NCBI GenBank assembly: GCA_030390025.1
Contig: CM059432.1
Coordinates: 137,642,001 to 137,706,000, forward strand
Source of the DNA: Squalus acanthias
Taxonomy: Eukaryota
Direction of reading: 5' to 3'
DNA length: 64,000 nucleotides
The position numbers and the translations under genes are program-made. Numbering within the stretch: position 1 is the stretch's first letter; each line of letters opens with the position of its first letter. Of this stretch, positions 24,880 to 36,960 are shown in pieces. The notes below the pieces were generated by a model that saw only the letters and a program-made list of their open reading frames with translations, was not told where the DNA came from and did no database searches.

Positions 24880-25700
24880 CACTGGGACCATGTGAACGGA
24901 CACGTGCAACTTCAAGTACGTCAAACTTGTTGGAGCAGATAATTTTCTCTGGATATCCCTGCTCTAGCCCAGTGGTTCCCAAACATTTTTGGTTGAAGGT
25001 CCCCTTTTCAAATGGATTAATAATCGCGGCCATCCCCCCCCCGCCAATCTAAATGATAATACTATATAATACTCATAATATGAAAATGCATGTAATAAAA
25101 CAGGTATTTACTTACAGATATGCGAGTTGGGTGTACCTACTTCTCACTGCGGGTCTACCTGGCGATCTTCATGCTACTCTCAGCGCTCCTCCATGCGCGC
25201 TCCCCTCCTACGTGAGACAGCCAGCCCACTCTGCGCTGCACATGTGGCGGACGCATCCCGCTCCCGGCTTATGAGTGGCGGCCGGAGGCAGGCTTGGTGC
25301 GAGCTGGGAGCGGAGTGCGGCCACCACATGTCCCGTAAGACCGGCCCTGCTCAATACTCACGTTATTTCTTGGACCCCCTGGAAAGTCTCTACGAGATCC
25401 CGAGTTTGAGAACCACTGCTCTAGCCTGTCCCTTCTTGCTTTCCTTGACCTGTAGATGGTTATCACTCACTCCTCCCTTTTCCACTGCCTGTTCCCTGTA
25501 TCTCAGTGGGGTGACTGCTGTCTGAACCTCTTGCTCCAAAACCCTCTCTCCCTCCCTGATGTGTCGTATTGTCTCTATCTCTGCCTCAAGTTCCAAACTC
25601 GAGCTCAAGTAATTTCAGTTGAAAACACTTCCTGCAGATGTGCTGGTTCGAGTCAATATTTGCTGCTCAAATCTCCCACATCCTGCAGAAACTGAACATC
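24880..25700 (-). mobile_element. 5' (ORF1) fragment of another CR1, interrupted by a hAT MITE
   Basis: Minus-strand CRMWE, ICRKC, LELEAEIETIRHIREGE..VTP and (beyond the MITE) PEKIICSNKFDVL parallel the ORF1 at 13142-13500. Confidence 0.7.
24970..25418. mobile_element. hAT (Charlie/Buster-like) MITE, 449 bp
   Basis: TIRs CAGTGGTTCCCAAAC / GTTTGAGAACCACTG; perfect 8-bp TSD CTCTAGCC at 24962-24969 and 25419-25426. Confidence 0.9.
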
Positions 25701-26139
25701 TCTGTCCCTTACTGTGCTACATTCTTACTATAAATGTTAGTTCAGTTTATATTATTTATCTACTTAAATTTCAATTAAACTACGCTGTTCCTCCATCTCC
25801 CTATGCTCCTAATTCCCACTCTAGCCAAACTCCTGTTTTCTAAATCTCTGTCCTACCTCACTGCAGTGTGCTCTCTGCTTGTATTGTTAGGAATAACTTA
25901 GTAATATATAAAAAGCTTAGCTTCCCAAACCATGCTACTCCTCATCATAATTTAGTCTAGAATTAGATCCTAAATTACTTCTACTGGGAGAAATTGAATA
26001 ATTCATCCCAGTATTCAAGTACTAACCGCAGTGGAGTCAGAATACATTAAATCCCATATTTAACTTCATTTTATTGGATCAGGGAATTCAGTTACGTGGC
26101 GAGACTAGAGAAGCTGGATTGTTCTCCTTAGAGCAAAGA

Positions 26140-26340
26140 CATTAGTGAACCAGACGGGTTTTTACGACAATCCGGTAGTTTCATGGTCACCGTTACTGAT
26201 ACTAGCTTTGTATTCTAGATTTATTTAATAAACTGAATTTAAATTCCCCAGTTGCCGTGGTGGGATTTGAACTCTCCGGATCATTAGTCCTGGCCTCTGG
26301 ATTACTAGTCCAGTAACATAACCACTATGCTACCGTTCCC
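26140..26340 (-). mobile_element. tRNA-derived SINE head within a CR1 3' fragment
   Basis: Minus strand GGTAGCATAGTGGTT (A-box-like) ... GAGTTCAAATCCC (B-box-like); flanked by CR1 sequence at ~26085-26140 and 26345-26485. Confidence 0.55.
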
Positions 26341-26514
26341 TCCAATTGGATCTATACTTAAAAAGGAGAAATTTGCAGGGCTATGGGGAAACAGCAGGGG
26401 AGTGGGACTAATTGGTAGCTCTTTCGGAGAGCCGCCACAGACACGCTGGGCTGAATGGCCTCTTTCTGTGCTGTACGATTCAATGATTTTATAAATGAAG
26501 TTACTGTTCTGTAC

Positions 26515-26649
26515 CTGGTATGAGGCAGCCTCCTCTTGTGGACTAGCGGAGTCTTGAGGTGCCTGACTCATCAATATAACCTGCGGATGAGCTGATCCTG
26601 TTTGGCCCGGGTGAGCTGAATCAGGAACCACTGCTGGAAATTGTTGCCC
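26515..26649 (-). CDS. ZNF236: ZNF236 exon (GQQFPAVVPDS...PQVILMSQAPQ...ASYQ)
   Basis: 135 bp, phase 0-0, acacag|GGG...CAG|gtacag. Confidence 0.9.
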
Positions 26650-27261
26650 CTGTGTTTAAAAAGAGGAAAAGAGGATTCCATTACCTGACATTATTACAAC
26701 AACAAATCCAAAAGACTTCAAATATTTCGCTCTACTGTTCATAATAGTTTTGTAGATAACACCATTTTGTTTTCAATTCAATCAATATACTCTAGATTAG
26801 ATGTTTCACTACAGTTTAAAAACACTGTTTTAATCTTTTATTGCCATTAACTTCCCAGCAAGCAATAGATGATGATTCTGCAACGTTCTAAAGAAAGCAT
26901 CAATACAGTATTTAAAAGACAGGACACTGGCATTCTAAAATAACTATTAGATAAGTACCATTCTAAAACATATCACTGTCTGCAGAACCATTATACTGTT
27001 CAACTACAGAATGCTAATGTATAAAGCTATGTGATGTTATTAACAGAGTCTGTATATCCATCTGATCTGTGCATTTATTGCTGTGAAACAGCTCAGTGTC
27101 GAGCTTTTTTTGTGAATCATTTTGTTACCCTCAAATTCCTTTCTTAAAATTAGACAAATGGGGCTGAATGTTAAAATTTAAATGAGTTCATCTCCCTCAG
27201 CTCAGCTCTATTCTTATAAAGCTGCTTCACGGGGTCAGTGTGGTAAAGCACTCAGTGCTGC

Positions 27262-27658
27262 ACCTCGATTTTAAAATTCTCATCGTTGTTTTCAAATCCC
27301 TCCATGGCCTCACCCCTCCCTAGCTCTGTAACCTCCTCCAACCCTCCGAGATCTCTGCGCTCTTCCAATTCCGGCCTCTTGTGCATCCTCGATTTTAATC
27401 GCTCCGCCATTGGCAGCTGTGCATTTAGCCTTTTCGGCCCTAAGCTCTGGAATTCCCTCCCTAAAACACTCTGCCTCTCTACCTGCCTCCTCCTTTAAGA
27501 CGCTCCTTAAAACCTACCCTCTTTGACCAAGCTTTTGGTCATCTGCCCTAATATCTCTATGTGACTCAGTGTAAAATTTTGTTTGATAATCGCTCCTGTG
27601 CAGCGCCTTGGGACATTTTACTACGTTAAAGGCGCTATATAAATGCAAGTTGTTGTTG
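27262..27658 (+). mobile_element. L2-clade LINE 3' fragment
   Basis: Matches 56002-56375; tail aggcgctatataaatgcaagttgttgttg. Confidence 0.8.
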
Positions 27659-27837
27659 CAATTTCCTCCCAAAAAATGTCTAATGTGCAGCCATTCCATG
27701 TTTCTTTATGCCAGTATAAAAAGACAGACACCATTGCAAGGCTGTCAAGTTTCGCTCTTTTAAATTAGGTTCATTTTGATGTATATCACTCTTTAAAAGA
27801 AATACAGATCCATATGTATATGCATATAGAAACTATT

Positions 27838-28050
27838 TTACACAGCAAGCTGTTATGATCTGGAATGCACTGCTTGAAAGGGGGGTGGAAGCAGATTCAA
27901 TAGTAACTTTCAAAAGGAAATTGGATATACTTGAAAAGAAAAAACAATTGCAGGGCTATGGGGAAAGAGCAGAGAACTGGGATTAACTCTTTCAAAGAGC
28001 AGGTTCAGGCCCGATGGGCTGAATGGCCTTTTTTGCTGCGTGATTCTATA
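27838..28050 (+). mobile_element. CR1 LINE 3' fragment
   Basis: tggaatgcactgc...gcagggctatgggga...gggctgaatggcc CR1 3' end. Confidence 0.7.
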
Positions 28051-28984
28051 TTTAAAAGGGTCTGCAATCTCTCTCTTCATGGTCATATATATCACTCAGT
28101 GTTGATGACTCCGCAGTTTCCTTATGCTTGCATTTGACATGCAGAGTTGAGTTATACCCATGTAATGTGACCATTTACCACACCAAGTTCTCTGCTTTTG
28201 GTCGCAAAGTGATTCCTGTAACAAGCTTTTTAAAACTCTTACGAATTATATGCCTGAGGATTTTAAACCTTTTAACATTATTGTAATGGAAAATGTAAAA
28301 AGGTTTAAAATCCTCAGCATGTAACTTCAGTTTTACTCCTCAATTTAAAAAAAAATCTCAGTTCCTATTATTAATACACTGTCCGCAGATGCGGTAATGG
28401 GTTCAATCTCAACTGGGCTTTTACAATATGCTCTTCCAATGGAGGAAGCATGAGGTGGTGGATGAAACTTCAACAGCGTGATTTTCTAGAGACAAATGAA
28501 TCGCTAACAAAGTAATGGATGGATCTTTGGAACTGTCCTACCTGCAGACCAAACACAATAATCCATACAGGTTGTTGACCTTCTATACCGAGGTGAAGGC
28601 TGCCACTGAAACTGGAATGGATGCTCCCACCCAAATCAACCCCTCCCCCCACAGATACTTTCATCTTCTAACTTGGAGAAGCTCAGTTGCTCTTCTACGT
28701 TACGTTGAGCCACTCAGCTTAGGCCAGTATGCGCTTTTACCAGGAATAGCACCAGGAAAAGGCTCTTGCCACATCTATAGAGTAGGTGCTATTATTCCCT
28801 GCCGGGGAACTTGGGTTCTTTCTAGTCACAAGTGGCAGAGGGGAGTCTACAGTTCACAGCCCACAAAGCCTATCATAACTACCCATATATCCTAAGGCGG
28901 ACCTCAACTGTTAGATAAAAACTTTAAAACGTTCATTACTATAGACTTTTAATGTACAGAGGTGTTGTGTTGGTTCAGCCTTAC

Positions 28985-29178
28985 CTGAGCAGCTATGTTG
29001 AGTGTGACTGTGTCTAGACTACCAGACAGCATGCTCTGGGTGTCAGTCAGAGTAAGAGTAACACTGTCTTCCCCACCCACATTAGCAGATGACATCACGA
29101 GGTTCTGGGTAGGGACAGTAGGTTGAGAAAGGGATGTAGTGAGGGAAGATGCCAAACTGTTTGCAGTTGAACTCAGCC
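28985..29178 (-). CDS. ZNF236: ZNF236 exon (GLSSTANSL...[23 protein letters not shown]...[10 protein letters not shown])
   Basis: 194 bp, phase 1-0, ttacag|GG...CAG|gtaagg. Confidence 0.92.
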
Positions 29179-29936
29179 CTGTAAGGGATGCAAAACCAAT
29201 GTTGAATCAGTTTCAGTATCGCTGTCGAACAAAGCACATATGGTGAGCAATCTGCTTTTATTCTTCATTCATTCATTTTCCTGTGTACTATATTCACATT
29301 CCCAGAACATTACCCTTTAGGAGAGAGGAGATCCGATTTCAGATGTACAACAAAAGCCAGAAAATGTCTATCAAATAGAATGTTGCTGCTCGCAGTTAAT
29401 TCGAACCAGTAATCCTTGGAGGGTACATACTTAAGATTAGTCCACAGAGTGGCTAGTTTTTGTTGAATGGTCTTAAGACTTGATCTTTCCCTGCCAACTT
29501 GTAACAGTAGTCTAGTACTGGATTAAAGCATTAAATTGCTATTGGCTTAACACAACTGTGCAATAAGAATCAGCATATCCACAGTCTTGGACCAGATCTT
29601 GTGTGGTAATCTATAAGAATAGTGATGTTATATTGTCTGGCAATTACTTACCACACTGTGGCTAACAAAATAAAAACTTTCCCTCGACAGCAGAATGTTG
29701 GGGTTACAACAATCAAAACGGTTTCAGTTTACAAATTGTACTGTTCAAAGGTGTGAAAGAGGACTGGTACTTCTCTCCCAGATACAAGTCATGCGCTCAA
29801 TTTAAGTATGTGATAACAATATGCATGTATCTACTTAAATTTAAAAAACTATTATGCAGATAGTGTCAAAAGTATATTGCAGATAAAAGGATTGCTGAAA
29901 CACCCTAGCCCCTCCCCTGTCCACCTATTACTGCAC

Positions 29937-30107
29937 CTGGTATGCTGGCACTACTTGTGTTAAGAGTGGTTCCCTGATTGAGGAGCTGGTCATTGCTGAT
30001 GGTCAATGTGGCAGCATTGGGTTGGTTATTCATTGATGTTCCCAATCGGATCCCTCCATTCATTTCACCATTACCAGTACTGCTATGCTGCGGGATGATA
30101 TCTTGAC
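29937..30107 (-). CDS. ZNF236: Candidate additional ZNF236 exon (GQDIIPQHSSTGNGEMNGGIRLGTSMNNQPNAATLTISNDQLLNQGTTLNTSSASIP)
   Basis: Strong polypyrimidine acceptor (ctttctttccctttccttatcag|GT). Open in the phase-1 frame. 171 bp to the donor CCAG|gtgcag, or 183 bp to an alternative donor giving start 29925. Contains a TLTIS motif like the neighbouring exon. The donor position is uncertain. Confidence 0.65.
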
Positions 30108-30164
30108 CTGATAAGGAAAGGGAAAGAAAGAGTTTGGAATTTTAAAAACTCACTTATAAAATAT

Positions 30165-30380
30165 AAGCAATAGGAGAAGTAGACCATACAACCCCTTGAG
30201 CCTGCTCCGTCATTCAATAAGATCATGGCTGATCTTCAACCTCAACCCCACTTTCCCACCCGATCCCCATGTCCCTTGATTCCCTTAAAGCATCCAAAAA
30301 TCTATCGATCTCAGCCTTGAATATACTCAACGGCTGAGTATCCACAGCACTCTGAGGGTAGAGAATTCCAAAGATTCACA
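30165..30380 (-). mobile_element. CR1 LINE 3' fragment
   Basis: Homologous to 21705-21920. Confidence 0.7.
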
Positions 30381-30824
30381 AAAAAGTTCAACATCATGTA
30401 GCAGTGACTTTTTATATTGACCTAAATCTCAGTAAACCAAATTTTTCTTCCACATAATTCCACTTAAAGCAATGCCGAGGAAAAGAAAACTGCACCAACT
30501 TTACAAAACAAATCTTTTACAGGCTGCTTACTAAATATACCTTGGTGTATTCATACTCATTTCACTTCAGGATTATCCATCCTTTCTCTTAAATGCATTT
30601 AAATATGTAGACCGTTGTAGCATTTTCTGCAAGTTCTCCGACAGGTGTTTACATTAGGGTTGCAAACACATTGCAATTATAGGCTTTTTTATGATAGTGT
30701 AAAGTTTGTTTGAGCATGTGGAAGTTCACTTTTGACATCCATAAATCAGAAACAACCTTGAAGACCCTTTAGGATACTTCCAACACCTATCATGCAATCC
30801 CAAGTGATATATTCCACCTTTCAA

Positions 30825-31250
30825 AGAGATTGTGTAGAACTGGCCTATCCTCTCTGGAATTTAGAAGAATGAGAGGTGATCTCATTGAAACATACATGAT
30901 TCTGAAGGGGATTGACAGGGTAGATGCTGAGAGGTTGTTTCCCCTGGCTGGTGTATCTAGAACTCGGGGCCATAGTCTCAGGATAAGGGGTAGGCCATTT
31001 AAGACTGAGATGAGGAGGAATTTCTTCACTCAGAGGGTTGTGAATCTTTGGAATTCTCTTTCCCAGATGGCTGTGGATGCCGAGTCTGAGTATATTCAAG
31101 GCTGAGATAGATAGATTTTTGGAATCAAGGGATATGGAGATCGGGCGGGAAAGTAGAGTTGAGGTCGATGATCAGCCATGATCTTATTGAATGGCGGAGC
31201 AGGCTCAAGGGGCCGTATGGTCTACTCCTGCTCCTATTTCTTATGTTCTT
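30825..31250 (+). mobile_element. CR1 LINE 3' fragment
   Basis: Encodes LEFRRMRGDLIETY...FFTQRVVNLWNSL; tail ttcttatgttctt. Confidence 0.85.
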
Positions 31251-32204
31251 AAAGGTACAGCTCTGACTATTGTTAAAGTACATCTAATTATTCACAAATT
31301 ATGCACCCTCTGCTCCAGAATTATACATCAGTGCTTTTTTGGCATATACTGCTAGTATCATAGAATTTACAGCACAGAAACAGGCCATTCGGCCCATCCG
31401 GTCTATGCCGGTGTTTATGCTCCACACGAGCCTCCTCCCACCCCTCTTCATCTAACCCTATCAGCATATCCGTCTATTTTTTTCTCTTTCCTGTGCTTAT
31501 CGAGATGAACAAGCTGTATAACACAGCTGAATAAACAGCCTGAAATTAACAATTTATTTTAGATTGCAGAATTTAGTCAGAGAGATCAAATTGTTTCAAA
31601 ATTCATGAATCTTGTTTAATGTTCTCTTCTGTTAGCAATGAAAAGACATCAAATTTGGGATTGTTGCTTTTTACTCTGTATTCTTGTGCCATACATTGAT
31701 TGGTTAATAAAATAAGAACACAGGACAATATAGATCTTGATATAATGACCTAAAGTTTATGAATTAGAGTAAAAATAACACTCGTACTGAATGGCTCCGA
31801 GATGAAATTCTATGCAACTAGGATACAGATTTTCATTTAGGAATATTAAAAAACACTTTCACCATCATAACTTACATTTAGATTTAAACAAAATGTTCCC
31901 CAATTAGTTGTGGAAACTGCAATAAGAGTTATCTTCTTTCTTATGCGGAGTCAATAAATCCTGACAGCTATATGGTATTCTCTCACAGATTAGTGCATAT
32001 AAAACAAGCAAAAGAATTATATTTAAAGCAAAAAGACATCACTTTAATCAATTGCAAACAAAAACAATTAAAAACAATATTTTACTGCAACCTTATTGTT
32101 GCAATGTTTTTATTAAATAGTTATGTAGTTAACTTGGTATAATATGATGGGAGACAACCTCAAAGAGGGACAGCTCTTGCTGTAGAAGTGCAGCTTCCCA
32201 TACA

Positions 32205-32400
32205 ATGAGTCTTTCATGCTGCCAGATCCTTTCAAACCATTCCAGGGACACCTGCCACATCAAACTCCTGATGTGTTTAATTTACATGGGTGAAGTGCCT
32301 AGTGTGGGTGGAGCCTCACCCGAAGTCTACAGTGTACACCTGTATCAAAGGAAGTGACAAATACTATGTATGCAAGGGGCAGCACCTCCCGGCCCTGTGG
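32205..32400 (+). pseudogene. Relic of a PIF/Harbinger (HARBI1-like) transposase
   Basis: Frameshifted pieces FHAARSFQ and KSTVYTCIK / EVTNTMYARGS resemble the Harbinger segment F.ASGSFQ...SQS.V..CI..VT..L.AR as I recall it. Confidence 0.45.
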
Positions 32401-34959
32401 AAAGCAGGCATCAGATGGACAGGGCACAGTTACCTTGAGGGCAAGAGGTCAGAGATGGCACACGTGTGGGCATCAGGGCTCGTTTCAACCCATGGCCAAC
32501 ATGAACAGGAAGAGGTTGCACTCAATTAATGTTCATTAATTATGCCAGTGGCTGTCACCCATGAAGCAGCCGCAATGTCTTCATTGTCAGTCTATGATGA
32601 CTGCATTACTGGAAGAGATGGGTTGGCTCTTAGTTGACCAGTGCTAACTTTTAAATCCATGATTGCTAACCCCAATGAAAAAATCTCTAACCACAGAGAA
32701 GCAACTTGGGCTGGAAGCCTGAGCATCTGTTTACTACTCCTCAGCCAACATAGTCACAATGAAAAGAGTGTGTGCAAAAGGGGGAATTATCGCATGCAAT
32801 GCTTCCCAGAGGGTGTGGCATTCCCAACTTAAGGCTCTGACCCTGCTTTATAGGCCCCATAAGAAATGTGTACAAAAGTGAGGAGTGTACATACCTTCAC
32901 CTACTTCTTGATGCCAGCAAACGTCTTCCTAATTTGCAGCCAGGCATTATACTGGATGACGATACTGGCCTGGAGCATGCGCCTTGCCCTTGTGCTATTA
33001 TTGGAGGATGGCTTTCAGCTCCAAATAGGAGTACCGACTGAAGCAGGACTTCCAGCTCCTTAGCATCAATAGTAATAGTGTCGCTCCGCTTGTTTTTGTG
33101 GACAGTTAGTCTACCTTTATGCCACAACCTTTAAACCCTTTAAGAGCCCCTGCTTTCCCAGCTAAGTGTGCTTCAGGCCAAGCTTTTCATGTGCCAGTAG
33201 CCTATTCAAATTAGGGGAGGGATTCCTGTCCCATATAAATCATGGTGGCCCAGAATGTGAGCTGCAAAAACAGGCAAGACTGCACAACGGGCCAGGTCAT
33301 CCTTATTTTTGCCAATTTAGTAAAATCAGGGCTTACATCTCACTATTAAATATGTGGAAGGTTGGAGGAAGCTGGCAAATGTGATGCTGATTCAACATTA
33401 ACGTTCACATTAACATACAAGCATCAGGTTAAAAGCTGTACTTGGCAGTCCTCCCAGTCAATGAATAACCCCAACAACTTGAACAGAACAGTAGTGCAAT
33501 TTGATAATTGCAACCCTTCAAGCGAACTCACGCGAGGTAGTGAAAATATTCCACATTACCCAATTCATTTGGTGTGTAACCAAATAAGTTATGGCAATTC
33601 TGAAGTTACTACCCGCTTAGTGAAAATTCATGTACTATTCTTTTAACATTGTGCTTTCTAAATGGAAATCAGTGCTCCCAGTTACAAACTACTTAATCTC
33701 TAAAGGAATCAGTAACAGCCTGTGTAATTTCACTTATAAATGTTAGTTCAACTATAGGATATAGTCAACATCAGAATTACAATTCTTTTCAGAACAGATG
33801 CAAATCAGTTTTAAGTTTGACTTGCTGCTTGACAAATCAGAATACAATACTTTTAATGAAACAATCCTTAAGCCAACATCGAAAATGCACTAACTTCAAC
33901 TCAAACCATTTACTGCAACTGAATTTGCACTTACTACTTTGTTTGCTACTAATCAGCTAGTTCCTGATGTACCAGTGACATTTTGTCATGGGAAACAAAA
34001 TCTCACTAGAGAGAGTTCCACTGCACTGCATTCATACACTGATGCTATCATTTTGTAAATCAAAAATATTTTATTTGTTAAAACATGCAATTTTCTTTAA
34101 TGTGCCTTTCTGTCTTATATGTACAATGAGAATGTCATACATCTTAAAATGCACTTAGGAAGGAGGCTCGAGGGTATCAATCGGTTTCAAATCGTGGTTA
34201 TAAACCGGCTTTTCCAGTTTGCATGCACTGACACCCTTTTATAACATAGGGCAAAGATCTCCTCGGTGCACGAGGTGCAGCAAAATCGAAAACTTGAGCT
34301 TTATAAAGTAGTTTACAATGCTGCTACGCCTGGGCATCATAAAATGTTGCAGATTGGAGTACACAACTGAAAAGGAACCTGACCGATTTTCCTCCGTTAA
34401 TTTAAATGGACGGTAAATCGGGCAGGTTCCTTTACAGGCATGTACACCAACTTGCCCGATTTTGCGATATTTGCTGCGCGCAGGAGATCTAGGAGCGCCT
34501 CCCCTATTAAGTCTGGTCCTTTTAGAGGGTCACTTACAGTAACTAGCCGCACTTTCGCAGAGTCTCGCCACCCATTCAATCTCCCCAGAGTTGAATGATT
34601 GCGTGGTCACAAACCCAAAATGAAGAAACTTGCAGAAACTTCTCCCCAACCCTCAAAGGCAATTGAGTAAAGTTTAAGAATCTAATCCAGGGTTATTAAT
34701 CCTGACCTGGTACAGTACATTGATACTTCAAGGAGGGATTTACTAATGCCACATTGCCTGTAACTAGCACAGCAAACCTGCCACATAATAGTGGGAAGAA
34801 AACTGCATAACAGAAATAATAAATGTTTCAGTGAATTCTGGGTATACTGAGGCGTCTGAACTCATGATTTATATCATTATCTGATGTACTTGAATTATTC
34901 AGTGCAATTCACTGCCAATCGGCTATTAACCTATATTTACCCTATTTTTGTATGGTTTA

Positions 34960-35580
34960 CATAGAATTGCAATACATAGAATGTACAGCACAGAAACAGG
35001 CCATTCAGCCAAACTGGTCTATGCCGGTGTTTCTGCTCCACACGAGCCTCCTCCCACCCTACTTCATCTAACACTATCAACATATCCTTCTACTCCTTTC
35101 CCCCTCATGTGCTTCCTCTTAAATGCATCTATGCTATTCGCCTCAACTACTCCATGTGGCAGCAAGTTGCACATTTTTTACTCTTTGGGTAAAAGGTTTC
35201 TCCTGGATTCCCTATTGGATTTATTAGTGACAATCTTATATTTATGGCCCTTAGATTTGGTCTCTCCACAAGTAGAAACATCTTCACTACATCTACCCTA
35301 TCAAACCCCTTCATAATTTTAAGACCTCTATTCGGTCACCCCTCAGCCCTCTCTTTTCTAGAGAAAAGAGCCCCAAGTCTGTTCAATCTTTCTTTCCTAA
35401 TAGTTACAAGCTCTCCGTTCTGGTATCATCCTTATGAATCTCTTTTGCACTGTCTCCAATGACTCTATTTCCTTTTTATAATATGGAGACCAGAACTGTG
35501 CACAGTACTCCAAGTATGGTCCAACCAAGATTTGATACATGTTTAACAGAACTTCTCTGCTATTCAATTCTATCCCTCCA
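34960..35580 (-). mobile_element. CR1 LINE 3' fragment
   Basis: Minus strand encodes GIELNSREVLLNMYQILVGPYLEYCAQFWSPYYKK plus the 3' tail. Confidence 0.8.
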
Positions 35581-35831
35581 GTGAATACTTTATGTAAATT
35601 AGACTTTTCCCTTATTTTCAAATTATTTGCTAAATTGCTCCATTTTTTGATGTTTGGTATACACAGCTATGCAAATGGAACAAAGATGATGGTGGAAACA
35701 GATTATGCATTGCAGCATGATACCAAACCAAGTTACTCACTTAAGTATATATAATGCAGTGTTGATAAAAGTGGCTACTGAATGAACAACCATCGAGCTT
35801 TGTAACAAGTCTCTTCACAGCTAATACAAAC

Positions 35832-36011
35832 CTGATATTGTGAGTGTTATCTCTTGCGGTGTTCCTGTTGGATTGGCACACGTGGCATTGGTAGCCTGCG
35901 CTAGTACCTGGCTGAGATTAGAATTATTAATTGTCAATGTCATTTCTTGTTTACCACTGGAACTTGAAGCAAGCCCAGGGGATGTCATAGACTGTGAGAC
36001 ATCCTGTGCTC
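35832..36011 (-). CDS. ZNF236: ZNF236 exon ([13 protein letters not shown]...PQEITLTIS)
   Basis: 180 bp, phase 1-1, long poly-T tract then ttag|GA, donor TCAG|gtttgt. Confidence 0.92.
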
Positions 36012-36405
36012 CTAAGAGATAAACAGAAGAAAAAAAAAAAGAAAAAAAATCTCGATGTGCAGCATTAGACATAGAAAAAATGCTTCCACTTAGCAATAGA
36101 CTACTTGTTATTGATTAATACCGAATATCCATAAAAAGATTGACCCTTCATTAAATTATGGGAAGCAAAAAGGTAAGCTAAAAGGACAAGATATAGACGT
36201 TACCCTAAAAAATAATGTACTTATTTATTCAGAATGAAGGGTCTGTATAATCCAGCCAGTACTGATGAGGTGACAAGTTTACTCTCTCTGTAAACTGTAA
36301 AAGGGAATTTGTGTTAGCCTCAAGGCAGTTCCTTGTGGGTCTGAATCCAAACACGTAGGCAACCATAATTCAGCATTAACTGGCATAACTGATAGTTAAA
36401 CTAAG

Positions 36406-36475
36406 ACCATGGTATGGAAAAATGGTAAATTCACACTAGCACCATGGTATGGAAATATGGTAAATTCACACTAGC
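36406..36475 (+). repeat. 35-bp tandem duplication
   Basis: ACCATGGTATGGAAA(A/T)ATGGTAAATTCACACTAGC x2, one mismatch. Confidence 0.9.
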
Positions 36476-36519
36476 ACAGTGGGGTGAAGGGCTCTTCTAA
36501 TGTTAGGGTTACGGCATCA

Positions 36520-36960
36520 TAAGAACAAACAAATCAGCATTGATGTCGTGCCTTTCACATTCTCAGGATGTCCTGAAGCGCCTCACAGACAATGAAGTGC
36601 CTTTTAGAAGTGTAGTCGTCACTGTTGTAATGTTGGCAAACATGGCATCCAATTTGCACACAGCAAGGTCCCACAAACAGCACAGAGATAAATGATTAGT
36701 TAATCTGTTTTAGTGTTGTTTGAGGGTTCAACGTTGGCCAGGACACTGGGTGAACTCCTCCGCTCATCTTCAAATAGTGTTAGGAGATTTTTTACGCCCA
36801 CCTGAGCAAGCAGACAGGGCCTTGGTTTAACATCTCATTCAAAAGACAGCACCTCCCACAGTACTGCACTAAAGTATCAGACTGGAGTATGTGCTCAAGT
36901 CTCTCGTGGGACTGAACTCACAACCTTCTGAATTAGAGATGATACTGAGGGAAGACTGAC
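36520..36960 (-). mobile_element. DeuSINE-like element (SacSINE1/AmnSINE-type core)
   Basis: aaagacagcacctcccacagtactgcact...tatgtgctcaagtctct resembles the reverse complement of the Deu domain; L2-derived tail at the left end. Confidence 0.55.
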
